Made by a program: the position numbers and the translations under genes. The notes below the pieces were generated by a model. That model was not told the origin of the DNA and ran no database searches. It saw only the letters and a list, made by a program, of their open reading frames with translations. Positions 41,630-54,104 of a stretch of DNA of 64,000 bases are shown piece by piece; position 1 is the first letter of the stretch; the number at the start of each line of letters is the position of its first letter. The DNA is from Octopus sinensis (taxonomy: Eukaryota): positions 142,228,001-142,292,000 of the forward strand of contig NC_043000.1 of NCBI RefSeq assembly GCF_006345805.1. The letters are read 5' to 3'.

Positions 41630-42046
41630 TACTCTCCTTTTACTCTTTTTACTTGTTTCAGTCATTTGACTGCGGCCATGCTGGAGCACCGCCTTTAGTC
41701 GAGTAAATCGACCCCGGGACTTATTCTTTGTAAGCCCAGTACTTATTCTATCGCTCTCTTTTGCCGAACCGCTAAGTGACGAGGACGTAAACACACCAGC
41801 ATCGGTTGTCAAGCAATGCTAGGGGAACAAACACAGACACACAAACATATTCACACACACTTATATATATATATACATATATACGACAGGCTTCTTTCAG
41901 TTTCCGTCTACCAAATCCACTCACAAGGCATTGGTCGGCCCGAGGCTATAGCAGAAGACACTTGCCCAAGATGCCACGCAGTGGGACTGAACCCGGAACC
42001 ATGTGGTTGGTTAGCAAGCTACTTACCAAACAGCCACTCCTGCGCC
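41630..42046 (-). mobile_element. SINE family A
   Basis: Full reverse-complement match to 285-710. Confidence 0.92.
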
Positions 42047-42179
42047 TATATACATGTTTTTTAAAAATCATTTTATTAATTTCTTTCTAAATTAAAATGT
42101 CGTAAATTTTCTTCTGTGCTGTTTCCACCTCCATCTTTTATATACAAAAAGTAGATTTGTATTGATCTGTAATCTTTTT

Positions 42180-44375
42180 TCAACTATGAGAAAATTTACA
42201 AATCCGGAAAATGGGACCGAATACCAAATATCTAAATTCAAATTTAAATGAAGAAATCCTAAAAGAATTGCAAAGCGAAAACGGAGAGCTCACAATTCTA
42301 TCAGAAACGAACACTCTTCTAACTCCACCACATACGAACTCTCTTCTAACTCACAACAACCACGAAAAAATCCATCTTCAGTAAACCAGAGCAAGATACA
42401 CCTCACCTTATCAGAATCACAATCGGACACGTTTGGAAAAAAAGAAAACTTTCAAGAACAAGAAAGTTTACATTTTGGAAAATGGTAAAAAAATCTTAGA
42501 CAAACCTGGAATCTATGAGAAATGGCTAAAATCCAATCCTTTAATCTTGCCCCCAAAATTTCAAATAAAACCCATAACTAATGAGTTAGAAGAGGAAAGA
42601 AATGACGGGAGCAAATGTTTCTCAATAGAATAAGCATGGAAGTCAGACTCTTGAAATTAAGAGTCACACCAAACGAACGAAAACACCAAAGATATTGGCG
42701 AACAAATAGAAGAATGTACCAAAATATCTGTGGGAACCAACTTACAGCACCTCCTAAAACTCTCCAAACAACACTATGAACATGAAGAACTTATATTTCT
42801 CCAACTGTGGGTAAAGTGCATGATGCGGTTCCCTAAAAACGAAAAGGAATCTAACACAATACACACCAGAGACAACCCTTTCGTCTAAAAACAGAACAAA
42901 ACACGAAAACCTGCAGAAACAATCAAACCACCAAACACAACACACCAAACCCATAAACACAATTCCCCCAACTCAAGCGAAATACACCCAACTACAACCG
43001 AAGAAAAACCTCACCTAAACACAACAACTCAAACTTTCCCCAAAATTTCCATCACAAATCCGAATCCAGAAACGACATTAACCAACCTTACAACACAAAC
43101 TTTCGAAGAGATACACCCAGATCACTGAGGGCTACACCAGGACTCTGATTAAATAAAACCACAAGTACCCTCACCGGGACCACAATCACTATAGCATAAA
43201 CAAAATAGCCTTTGGTAGCGACCCTCCCAAACTACCCAAACCACTTAGAATCCCAACAGGACAGCAACATAATGCCAACTACAGCATACCCCCCTCCTCA
43301 ACACATTCACCATCAAAGATGATCTTACAGATTCACTCAAAACAGACCGACAACAAATAGCAACTACACTCAAAGTAACTTATCTTTTTTTAGTACAAGG
43401 ATAGAAATACTAGGACACACGTTGCCCCCCACCGCCACCACTGTAAACGAGAAGACAAATGTAATTAGCCTTACAAAGATCCATTAACTGACACCCAATT
43501 AGACATTCTAAGTAAGGGACTGAAGTTTATAACCACACTACAGAAACCAAACTTCTCCGAGCTGAAAACGGCATTGCAGAATTCTGCCGAAAACTCAGGC
43601 TGAGCGAATACTCCACCAGCAACTTTTATGATCAGGACAAATCACTAGCCAGAATCAAAGGCAATTTTTACCCAAATTTTGCACTTGATTTCTACTGCGA
43701 ATACATTATGAAATTGCCATTTGAAAAAATTGAACATATGGAATTTTACAAAGCTGGTATGGTAGAGCCATTCATAGAAGCCGATAAAGGGAGCACCGTC
43801 GTCGTCAGCATCGACACAAACTTCTCTAAAGACTTAACACTTATAATGCTAGAGAACAACAACCGCTACGAAAACCCAAGCCGCTACAAATAATGAAGAA
43901 TTATAGAAAACCTCACAACTCTTTTGAGTATAGATGACACTATAGATGCTAAAGTGCATTTTTTTATGGTTTACCAAAAATCCAAAACTCCAAAAGGATA
44001 AGGGATTCCTGTAATCCCCAGCAAGCAAATACATAAAATTAACATTACTGGATGATTTGAAACTGAGACGAACCATAGCAGGCGCGGCATACGAAACACA
44101 AACTTCTTGGACATCCTCCTAAAACTTTTACTAAAGCATATATAGATCTACATGCGAGATTATTTGGGCATGCTAAATAATCTGCCAAAAACAGTAAGGA
44201 AACAGAATTTTTACTTCATTTCATGTTGTCAATTTATACACCAACAGTCCCCATGATTATGGAATAACTGCAATCTAATACTGTTTAGACAATAAGATAT
44301 TTCAACACACAGAAAAAGAATTTATCGTTGATAGGCTCAGATTCCTGCTTAAAACCAACTACTTTACCTTTTAAC
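42180..44375 (+). mobile_element. Penelope-like element 5' part: N-terminal extension and RT core, decayed and 3'-truncated
   Basis: ILSKGLKF, FCRKLRLSEY, EADKGSTVVV, FYGLPKI, VVNLYTN and NYFTFN. Confidence 0.88.
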
Positions 44376-44438
44376 ACACACACAGATGCACCCACATACA
44401 CATGCATACATACATACATACATACATACATACATACA

Positions 44439-44470
<32 letters not shown>

Positions 44471-44721
44471 ATATATATATATATATACATATAAGAGGGA
44501 TGACCACTACATGGAATCCCATTATGCTAGGAATAGATCCGCTATGGTCTTACCATTAAGAAAGGAATATTCTCTAGAAAATTTTAGCAAACGCTAGAAC
44601 GTAAGCGAGCAAAACAAAAGAAAAGAAATAAAATATGGATTAATCACAAACTAGTTTCGCTATTACCACTCACGTAATTTCAAATTTTAGATTTAAATTT
44701 TAAAACTTAAATTTATGTATG

Positions 44722-44798
<77 letters not shown>

Positions 44799-45010
44799 GT
44801 CAATTTAGGGTAGCAAAAAAATTCAATAGAAATTTATCGCTACCAGCGGCCTGGTGGAAAAGAGAATAGTCATCGACTAAATATATAAATATAACAATTT
44901 AGGAGTGACCCTAACAGGTCATTCGTCCACCAGAAAGAGCAGCCATAACTCACCCGCCAGTAGTAGTAATTCAGAAATTAGGTGAAAATTTAAAAACATT
45001 TACCCTAATT

Positions 45011-45114
45011 CATCTTTTAGACGTTGCAACGTTTCTGTTCATTAATGATTAAATTAGCTTAATTAAATTAAATTAAGCTAATCTACCATAGGTTACACTT
45101 CATCAGTAAAAAAC
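45011..45114 (-). ncRNA. Type I hammerhead ribozyme, array copy 1
   Basis: Minus strand TTTTTTA-CTGATGA (45106-45100)...GAAACGTTGCAACGTC-TAAAAG. Predicted cleavage after 45020. Confidence 0.7.
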
Positions 45115-45482
45115 CTGGGAGAGACAAATATACACGAGGCGTCTGTATCGATGCCTACGGAATATCTGTCTTAAAATTTTCAAGACTGACGTATTCGCGC
45201 CAAACTTATCAGCAGTAAATATAAACTGCCGATTCAATCTCAGAATTATTCAGAAAATTATCATTTAGTCAATTTAGGGTAGCAAAAAAATTCAATAGAA
45301 ATTTATCGCTACCACGCGGCCTGGTGGAAAAGAGAAAATAGTCATCGGCTAAATATATAATATAACAATTTAGGAGTGACCCTAACAGGTCATTCGTCCA
45401 CCAGAAAGAGCAGCCATAACTCACACCGCCAAGTAGTAGTAATTCAGAAATTAGTGAAAATTTAAAAACATTTACCCTAATT

Positions 45483-45586
45483 CATCTTTTAGACGCTGCA
45501 ACGTTTCTGTGTCATTAATGATTAAATTAGCTTAATTAAATTAAATTAAGCTAATCTACCATAGGTTACACTTCATCAGAAAAACC
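45483..45586 (-). ncRNA. Type I hammerhead ribozyme, array copy 2
   Basis: CTGATGA (45579-45573)...GACACA-GAAACGTTGCAGCGTC-TAAAAG. Predicted cleavage after 45492; stem I has an indel. Confidence 0.6.
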
Positions 45587-46050
45587 TGGGAGAGACAAAT
45601 ATAAACGAGGCGTCTGTATCGATGCCTACGGAATATCTGTCTTAAAATTTTCAAGACTGACGTATTCGCGCCAAACTTATCAGCAGTAAATATAAACTGC
45701 CGATTCAATCTCAGAATATTCAGAAAATTATCAATTAGTCAATTTAGGGTAGCAAAAAAATTCAATAGAATTTTATCGCTACCAGCGGCCTGGTGGAAAA
45801 GAGAAAATAGTCATCGACTAAATATATAAATATAACAATTTAGGAGTGACCCTAACAGGTCATTCGTCCACCAGAAAGAGCAGCCAACTCAACTCACACC
45901 GCCAAGTAGTATTAATTCAGAAATTAGGTGAAAATTTAAAAACATTTACCCTAATTCATCTTTTAGACGTTGCAACGTTTCTGTGTCATTAATGATTAAA
46001 TTAGCTTAATTAAATTAAATTAAGCTAATCTACCATAGTTACACTTCATC

Positions 46051-46386
46051 GGCATTTATATTTACTGCTGATAAGTTTGGCGCGAATACGTCAGTCTTGA
46101 AATTTTAAGACAGATATTCCGTAGGCATCGATACAGACGCCTCGTGTATATTTGTCTCTCCCAGGTTTTTTACTGATGAAGTGTAACCTATGGTAGATTA
46201 GCTTAATTTAATTTAATTAAGCTAATTTAATCATTAATGACAGAAACGTTGCAACGTCTAAAAGATGAATTAGGGTAAATGTTTTTAAATTTTCACCTAA
46301 TTTCTGAATTACTACTACTTGGCGGTGTGAGTTATGGCTGCTCTTTCTGGTGGACGAATGACCTGTTAGGGTCACTCCTAAATTGT

Positions 46387-46390
<4 letters not shown>
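46051..46390 (+). repeat. Inverted partial copy of the 470-bp unit
   Basis: Reverse complement of the array unit; runs into (TA)n at ~46390. Confidence 0.95.
46164..46267 (+). ncRNA. Type I hammerhead ribozyme, inverted copy
   Basis: GGTTTTTTA-CTGATGA (46173-46179), 63-nt stem II, GAAA (46243), CGTTGCAACGT-C (46258), TAAAAGAT. Stem I can form 8 bp including 2 G-U. Confidence 0.72.
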
Positions 46391-46420
<30 letters not shown>

Positions 46421-46460
46421 TATATTATATATATACATATATATATATGTATATATATAT

Positions 46461-46534
<74 letters not shown>

Positions 46535-47044
46535 TATATATACATATGATACCTCTTTTATTCCTCCACCGTGGTTATCTTTATTTAAAGAATCCCATCT
46601 CACTTCTCACACTAAGCTTGTTATAAGTAATCTAGAGTTAAACTTGGGTATGTCAATTCACTTCCATTTATTAGTGCACACAACTGGACTAAAGCTAACT
46701 CTGTATGTATTTATGGAGACCCCACCAATTAAGCAGCCTCTAAAGTAACCGTGCACTAGAAATGCACCTATAAAAGGTCAAACAATAGATGTTTTCTGCT
46801 TTTTATGCCCTATGGAACATAATATCAGTGCACGGTCAAGTATACTCATATGCATTAGCAATTATGGGTTCATCTGTGCAGATGAATATATTTTTGTGTA
46901 AACTTATACGTTATTATCTATATACATCAAATGGAATAAAATTCACTATATGTATATTTGATATGGTGCCAGCATTGTCTGTAGAGTATTAAAGGTGAAT
47001 ATCAGTGTGTTCGGATCCATATCATATAAAGTGAACGCGCACAA

Positions 47045-47070
47045 TGCATGTATATATATATATATAATAT

Positions 47071-47158
<88 letters not shown>

Positions 47159-47178
47159 ATATATATATGTATGTATAT

Positions 47179-47240
<62 letters not shown>

Positions 47241-47245
47241 ATAAA
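47045..47245. repeat. (TA)n microsatellite (one of many long TA runs, e.g. 15680-15790, 46390-46545, 50495-50610)
   Basis: Seen directly; source of the YIYI ORFs. Confidence 0.97.
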
Positions 47246-47348
47246 CAGAGAGAGAGAGAGATAGACGTGGATATCGTTTGCGTATGGCTATAGGTGGATG
47301 GAAATGAATTCATATACATATGTATACATGTACGTATATAAGTATATA

Positions 47349-47391
<43 letters not shown>

Positions 47392-48159
47392 ATATATATA
47401 TAAACGTATGCATATCAACTCTCGTACACACACATTCACACATAGATGTAAATGTGTTCGTGTATTTGTGTAGAAAAGTAGTTGTGTATGAGAATAGTTT
47501 CGTGTTTGTACGAGTGAATTTCTAGAAGCACTTGTCACTTGGAGTCTTCACAACCTAACCTAACTCACTATAGGCTCTCAGCATGTTTTTAACATTCTCT
47601 TCAATATTACGATTTAAGATAAGTACTTCTCTCTGCATTTTATATATATTGAATAAGTACATGATTATAAACCGTTTTTATTGTTATTTTCATCGCATTT
47701 TTTATTTATTTATATAAGTTTTTATTCATTTCCTTTTCCATACTTTACATATGTATTCTCTTCTTTGTGCATTCAAAGTGAGTGTCTTTAAATATGTGAT
47801 TTTTCTAAACTATATCAATGTGCGTTTATGAGTTAGAATTAAACTTAACTTATTTGTGTGATGCATCTGGAACATATATTTAAGTGCATAAATGAGTGTG
47901 CATTTGCATGTATATATATATATATATATGTCTTCAATTGCTCGAAAGTGTACAGATTTTACTATACAAGTGTAAGAAGAGTATATGTAAGCTTTATATA
48001 AGTAGATTCATATGAGTAAGCATGAGTGCAATGCACGGCTAATATTACAATATTACATATTCTAGTAACTTATCAGTTTATATCTTTAAACAAGATCGTA
48101 ATGGATGTATATGAGCTATAATTTGAATGTAGCTGTGCTCGCGTCTCTATGTATATATA

Positions 48160-48210
<51 letters not shown>

Positions 48211-48211
48211 T

Positions 48212-48523
48212 GGAGGCGCAATGACCCAGTGGTTAGGGCACCGGACTCGCGGTCGTAGGATCGCGGTTTCGATTCCCAGACCGGGCGTTGTGAGTGTTTA
48301 TTGAGCGAAAACACCTAAAACTCCACGATGCCCTGGCAGGGGTGTGGTGGCGAACCCTACTGTACTCTTTCGCCACAACTTTCTCTCACTCGTTCTTCTG
48401 TTGGCCCGATCGCTTAGCCAGCGGGGTGGCGTCATTTGAAGGCTAAAGCAATGCGAAGTGCATTGTAATCAGCGATGTGTAGCAACATATTATAGCCTGG
48501 TCGGTCACGGTGATCACAGTGAT
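48212..48523 (+). mobile_element. SINE with a family B head and a different 3' body
   Basis: Same GGAGGCGCAATG..ACTCGCGGTC head; diverges after CTTTCTCTCACTC. Confidence 0.85.
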
Positions 48524-49519
48524 ATATATATATGTCTATGTGCGTGTGCGTGTTTGCAAACTTAGGTAGATAGATAAACAGACAGACAGATAGATGGATA
48601 GATATAAATTGTTATTGACCTAAATAAGAGAAGGAATAGAAGAAATGAAGTCCAAAATGCACTGAGAATATATTGTAGTTAATTAGAATTTAATTATGTT
48701 TTTAAATATAGGAATAAACCTGACCAATTTCACATTGGATTTTCAAAACTGTATGTACATTCTGGCAGTTGTTATAGTACGTTATCATATTCTTACAATA
48801 ACATCAAGGAATATATTATTCATTACTCATACATAGATCCATATACTATAGGTTTCAAATGCATCACACAGTTTAAGCTCCCAAGCAAGTGAGGAATATC
48901 ACCCAATGACGAACTTCAAGAGTTATAGCAAATGAATGTCGAACGAAACGAATAGCGAATGCATTAATCGTTGACTTCAACATGTTAAATAATTATTTAT
49001 CTTCCTTTATAAATACAGTGTTTCTGTCCATTACGAATAGTCAAGGAATTGTCATTGTCCCTGCAAAACTCCATCTTTTCTGCAGGGACAAAGATCCCTG
49101 GCTGTACATAATCTCAAGTTATAGTAAGTTATATTGTACAGTTGTTTACGGTAGTATTCTCTTGGTCGTTGTAACGTGCACTGATTTGGTAGACATTTAA
49201 CCCAGGTTACACTTTTCGTATCTCAAAGAGTTAACTAACATCTTGACATTTCTGGACAGCATTGTACTCTCCGACGACGCAAATGGTTGTCGGTTGACTT
49301 GTAGTAAATAAAATTAGTAACGTTGTCCTAATTTGACTACTTAACAAAATACATTATGCTATAAACTTTACTCTGCCGATGTGAAGTAGACTTAGTGCTA
49401 TAAGCAAGATTTGTCAAACTGTAGTCTTGATACTGCCTATGAAAACACTCATGTCGTATTCATATTGATATTCTCACCATTCGGTAGGACTCGTGTCAGA
49501 AATGTTGAGCCAACATAAA

Positions 49520-49755
49520 GGCAGTGAGCTGGCAGAAACGTTAGCACACCGAGCGAATTGCTTAGCGGTATTTCGTCTGCTGCTACGTTCTGAGTTCAAA
49601 TTCCACCGAGGTCGACTTTGCCTTTCATCATTTCGGGGTCGATTAAATAAGTACCAGTTACGCACTGGGGTCGCTATAATCGACTTAATCCGTTTGCCTG
49701 TCCTTGTCTGTCCCTTCTGTGTGTAGCCCCTTGTGGGTAGTAAAGAAATAAGAAA
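49520..49755 (+). mobile_element. SINE family D (full length)
   Basis: GAGCTGGCAGAAACGTTAGC A-box-like, GAGTTCAAATTCC B-box-like, tail TAAAGAAATAAGAAA. Confidence 0.88.
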
Positions 49756-50496
49756 TGTTGAGCCTACTAGGGTGCGTCATCATATGAGTCAGCTCAATCA
49801 CGCCTAGACTAGTGTTAAACAATAAAATTTCTTTTCTCGGTAAAATGAAATTTATCCATAACTGAAACCAGCGTTCTCTCATAGTTCCGACACTACCCAC
49901 GCCGGCTACAAACACGAGCAAATACATATCGCGACAGCAATCCCATCACCTGCAACAGTACATATATTTCGTATCATGATATATTTAATATATCTCATAT
50001 AACTAATTTACTTTGCTCTTCGGTATTCGTAGGTTAAGAACTTATTAATTAATATATAAATTCGTACAATTTTTTAAACATTTCTAATGCATTAACTATA
50101 TTAAAATGTTTCACTGTTTGTAAGAAAAAATATTATATCATTATGCGAGAGTTTAAAGTTCTTATCGAAAAAATAAATTTAAATAAAAGTGTGTATAGAC
50201 CAACTTTGTATTTTATCGTTTTAAAACGTTTAAGTTATTATCTTATATTTACACATTTTTAATGAAACTTCCTTATGAAACTCGTGCTTCTAGTAAGATT
50301 GAAATATCTAATGCACTTACGTCTAAAATATTAAATTCCGTTATCACTAATTAACACACGTAATCTAAATTAAATATATAAATATTGAAATTATCTCCCT
50401 CACAGTTGTACACGTATCAACAGAAACTGACACACAAACAGTCACCACCATGTATATGCGTGTTTCCACTCACGCATCCTACTCTCTTTGCGTGTG

Positions 50497-50585
<89 letters not shown>

Positions 50586-51032
50586 TATATACATATATAT
50601 ATATATGTATATATATGTATAAACATACATATACGCTTGTATATATAAACATATATTAACGGATATGTGAGTATGTGCGTGTGTCTTTCTGTATGCGTGT
50701 ATATGCATTCATATACATACAAATACATGCATATATATATATATATACATACACATAAGATGTACGTTTATATATAGACATATATGTATGTAAGTGTGTG
50801 TGTGTATGTGTGTGTGCGTATGTGTGAATTTTAGTGGCTGTACAATGAGAGAAATTTCGCCCAATATATTTAGTTGAGTATTTATTTCTTTATATATTTA
50901 TTAAATCGAAGAGGATTATTCATTTTCTTCCACGGAGGGTTTTGTACAAAGACTCCTTGACAGAGAGTATTGTTCGCTCTAAAAACATATACATATAAGT
51001 TTGGTCCTGCATATATGCATGCACACATACAT

Positions 51033-51171
<139 letters not shown>

Positions 51172-51412
51172 TCTCTTTCTCTCTCTTTCTATATATATAG
51201 AGAGAGAAATGGATAGATAGATAGATAGATAGATAGATATACATGTGTGTTTTCAAGCTACGATTGGATTCATGATACGAAAGATGTCTTAACATGCTAA
51301 CAATTCCTAAAGCTGATCACGTGGAGGAATGGTGTTCCTCAGTCTTCGACAATTACTTATACACACACGCACACGTATACCTACCTACATATATACATAC
51401 ATACATACAATT

Positions 51413-51492
<80 letters not shown>

Positions 51493-51617
51493 GAAAATGT
51501 GTGAAATCCTCGGTACAGTTTGGTATTTTTGGTATTTTTCCTTTTCAAATATGTGCCTGCGTTTATATATTCATGCGTGAATGTGTTTGTGGGAGAATGT
51601 GTGTGTGTGTGAAGGCG

Positions 51618-51850
51618 TGTGGACAATTGGGTGCGGTGTTGCTCACGCGATTGCAAGGTCGTGGTGTTGATTCACAGAAAAGCTCTACACTGTATTCATG
51701 ACCAAAACACCTCATCTTACGTCTCTCCAGTTCAGTCGGCTGTAAATGGGCAAAACTGTGATGGACTAGCCCTCCGTTCAAGAAATGACACCTAGCTAGC
51801 GGGGTGGCCTCTTTCGAAAGATAAACTAACAAGAAAATCATTGCATTTCG
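51618..51850 (+). mobile_element. Old tRNA-derived SINE
   Basis: tRNA-like head, then CTCCAGTTCAGTCGGCTGTAAATGGG...CTGTGATGGACTAGC. Confidence 0.5.
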
Positions 51851-52120
51851 GCATCCGAGAACCTTGTCAATACATCGATATACAATGATAGATGAACACA
51901 CACAAACAAATACACCCACCTCAGATATTATGATTTTGCTTAGGTATAGACATATTAACTGTCGTTTGAAATCAATTACTCTTTGGAGTAAATTATCAAA
52001 GGAGTGTAGTGCTTAATGTCAATCAATGAATGGCACAACATGATTTACGTAATCTCTTTAATTAGTTTATAACAGTTTCTTGGTCTAGCACTCAGTTTTC
52101 GCTGCAATGCCTCTTAAGTA

Positions 52121-52163
<43 letters not shown>

Positions 52164-52170
52164 ATATATA

Positions 52171-52781
52171 TTAGGTTGGCAACTAAGTTCCGTCGTTTTT
52201 TTTTTATTATTTTGGAATCTATTTTATCGAGAATTCTATTTTTAAATCATTTTGGAATCCATTTCTTTTTGTTTTTTCTAATTAACATTAGTTAAATTTT
52301 GTTAAATTTCAGATCATTAAATTGGACTGTCAAGTTGAGAAAAATGACCATTTTCGATGCCTCTTTCATTTTGCTTTTCATCAAGATTCTAAGGCTGCAA
52401 AAGCTGCTCACGACATTTGTGCTGTGTATAGTGAGGATGCCATAGCTGAAAGAACCGCTTGTAATTGGTATACCAAGTTCAAAATTGGAAATTTTGACCT
52501 GAAAGATGCAACTCGCTCTAGCCGTCCAGTTGAGTTCGATGAAGAGCGATTAAATCAACGTTTTGCACGAAAATTCTCGTCAAACAACAAGGGAACTGAC
52601 AGAGAAAATGGAATGCTCCCACACTGCTATACAGAAGCATCTTCACTCGATGGGAAAGGTTCAGAAGTATGGAGCATGGTTTACGCATGCTTTAAGTGAT
52701 AACAACAATGATCAACGGGTCACTATGTCCACTGGTTTAATTGCGCTTCACCGCTCATTTTTTGGACACAAGCAATGTTGA
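52171..52781 (+). mobile_element. Mariner 5' fragment (TIR plus transposase N-terminus), truncated
   Basis: TA|TTAGGTTGGCAACTAAGTTCC TIR; NWYTKFKIGNFDLKD..RSSRPVEFDEERL, SRQTTREL and KYGAWFTHALS. Confidence 0.88.
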
Positions 52782-52890
52782 GCTTTAGGTGTTTTCGCTC
52801 AACAAAAGGTCACAACGCTCGGCCTAGGAACTGAAACCGCGATCCTATGACCGCGAGTCCTCTGCTCTAACGAGTGGTCCATTGCGCCAC
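52782..52890 (-). mobile_element. SINE family B head fragment
   Basis: Minus strand GTGGCGCAATGGACCACTCGTTAGAGCAGAGGACTCGCGGTCATAGGATCGCGGTTTCAGTTCC. Confidence 0.75.
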
Positions 52891-52946
52891 CACGGATAAA
52901 TGGATAAACGTTCTATATATGTATATATATATATATATATGTGTAA

Positions 52947-52977
<31 letters not shown>

Positions 52978-52990
52978 TATATATATATAT

Positions 52991-53023
<33 letters not shown>

Positions 53024-53050
53024 TATATATATATATATATTACATATATA

Positions 53051-53942
53051 CAATTAGTAAATAAATGGCACAACTAAGTACCGATATTTCCTTGTGGGTA
53101 ATAAAGAAATAGGTATTGATAATATAAGTATCAGTGAACATTTAGGTCGATGTAAATCGACTTGTCCCCTCCTCACATCACCACCATCACCAAAAATAAT
53201 TCTGGCCTTGTGCCTTTTGTAGAGAAGATAATTATTGTTAAGACAGCAAGCACGCCAAGCAAAATACTTAGCGGCATTTCGTCCCTCTTTACTTTCTGAG
53301 TTCAAATTCCGCCGAGATCGACTTGGCCTTTCATCGTTTCGGGGTCGATGAAATAAGTACCAGTCAAGCACTGGGTTCCATGTACTCAACTTACCCCTCC
53401 CCAAAATGTTAGGCCTTGTACTTATATTAGAAAGGATTATATGATTATCTATTTTTATTTTATTTTTATTGTTCATTTATGGGAGAATCTCAAAGCTTGC
53501 ACAGTTAACATGTTAGATTTGGACAGAAGAGCCGTTTGGGTCTTTTTAGTTTTCTTCCAAACACAAATTTTAATATGAACATTTTCAAAAAATCTATTAT
53601 ATAGCTTTACATGCTGATGACGAATATCGCAGTTATTATTTTGGAAAATGAATATTAAAGAAGTTAGAGACATTTAAATTTACGTATTCTTAGCTACGTA
53701 TTCTTAGCTAATGAATTTCAAGCTAGTGTCCTAAAAGCAGAAGTCATAACTGTTTGTTGTGAAAGAATTGACAAGCACTAGGCTTTGCGAGAGGGAATTA
53801 GGGATTGGTATGACGACTCCAGTAGACAATAAGAAATTATTTACGGGAAATCTTTGCGGAAGTGCATACTCGCATATTCCTGAGATACTAACGCTATTTC
53901 CAGTAAATATCGGTACTTAGTTGTGCCATTTATTTACTAATT
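53051..53942. repeat. 38-bp inverted repeat pair ~815 bp apart
   Basis: AATTAGTAAATAAATGGCACAACTAAGTACCGATATTT (53052-53089) matches its reverse complement at 53905-53942. Confidence 0.9.
53240..53430 (+). mobile_element. SINE family D
   Basis: TTAGCGGCATTTCGTCC..GAGTTCAAATTCCGCCGAG..TTTCGGGGTCGATGAAATAAGTACCAG. Confidence 0.8.
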
Positions 53943-54004
53943 TGTGTATTTTTCCCTCACGGGCTACTTTTTACTGGAAGACAATACTTTGTATTGCTTT
54001 ACTG

Positions 54005-54056
<52 letters not shown>

Positions 54057-54072
54057 TATATATATATATATA

Positions 54073-54104
<32 letters not shown>

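Larger units (their letters stand above)
44795..46050 (-). repeat. Tandem array of a ~470-bp HHR-containing unit (~2.7 copies)
   Basis: TAGTCAATTTAGGGTAGC starts at 44797, 45266 and 45736. Units differ mainly by 1-2-nt indels. Confidence 0.95.

Noticed and set aside
44795-46390. CRISPR array or sequencing-adapter concatemer
   Set aside because: Units are ~470 bp with no unique spacers, there are no cas genes, and the context is eukaryotic. I see no match to PacBio or Nanopore adapters as I recall them, though an assembly artefact is not fully excluded.
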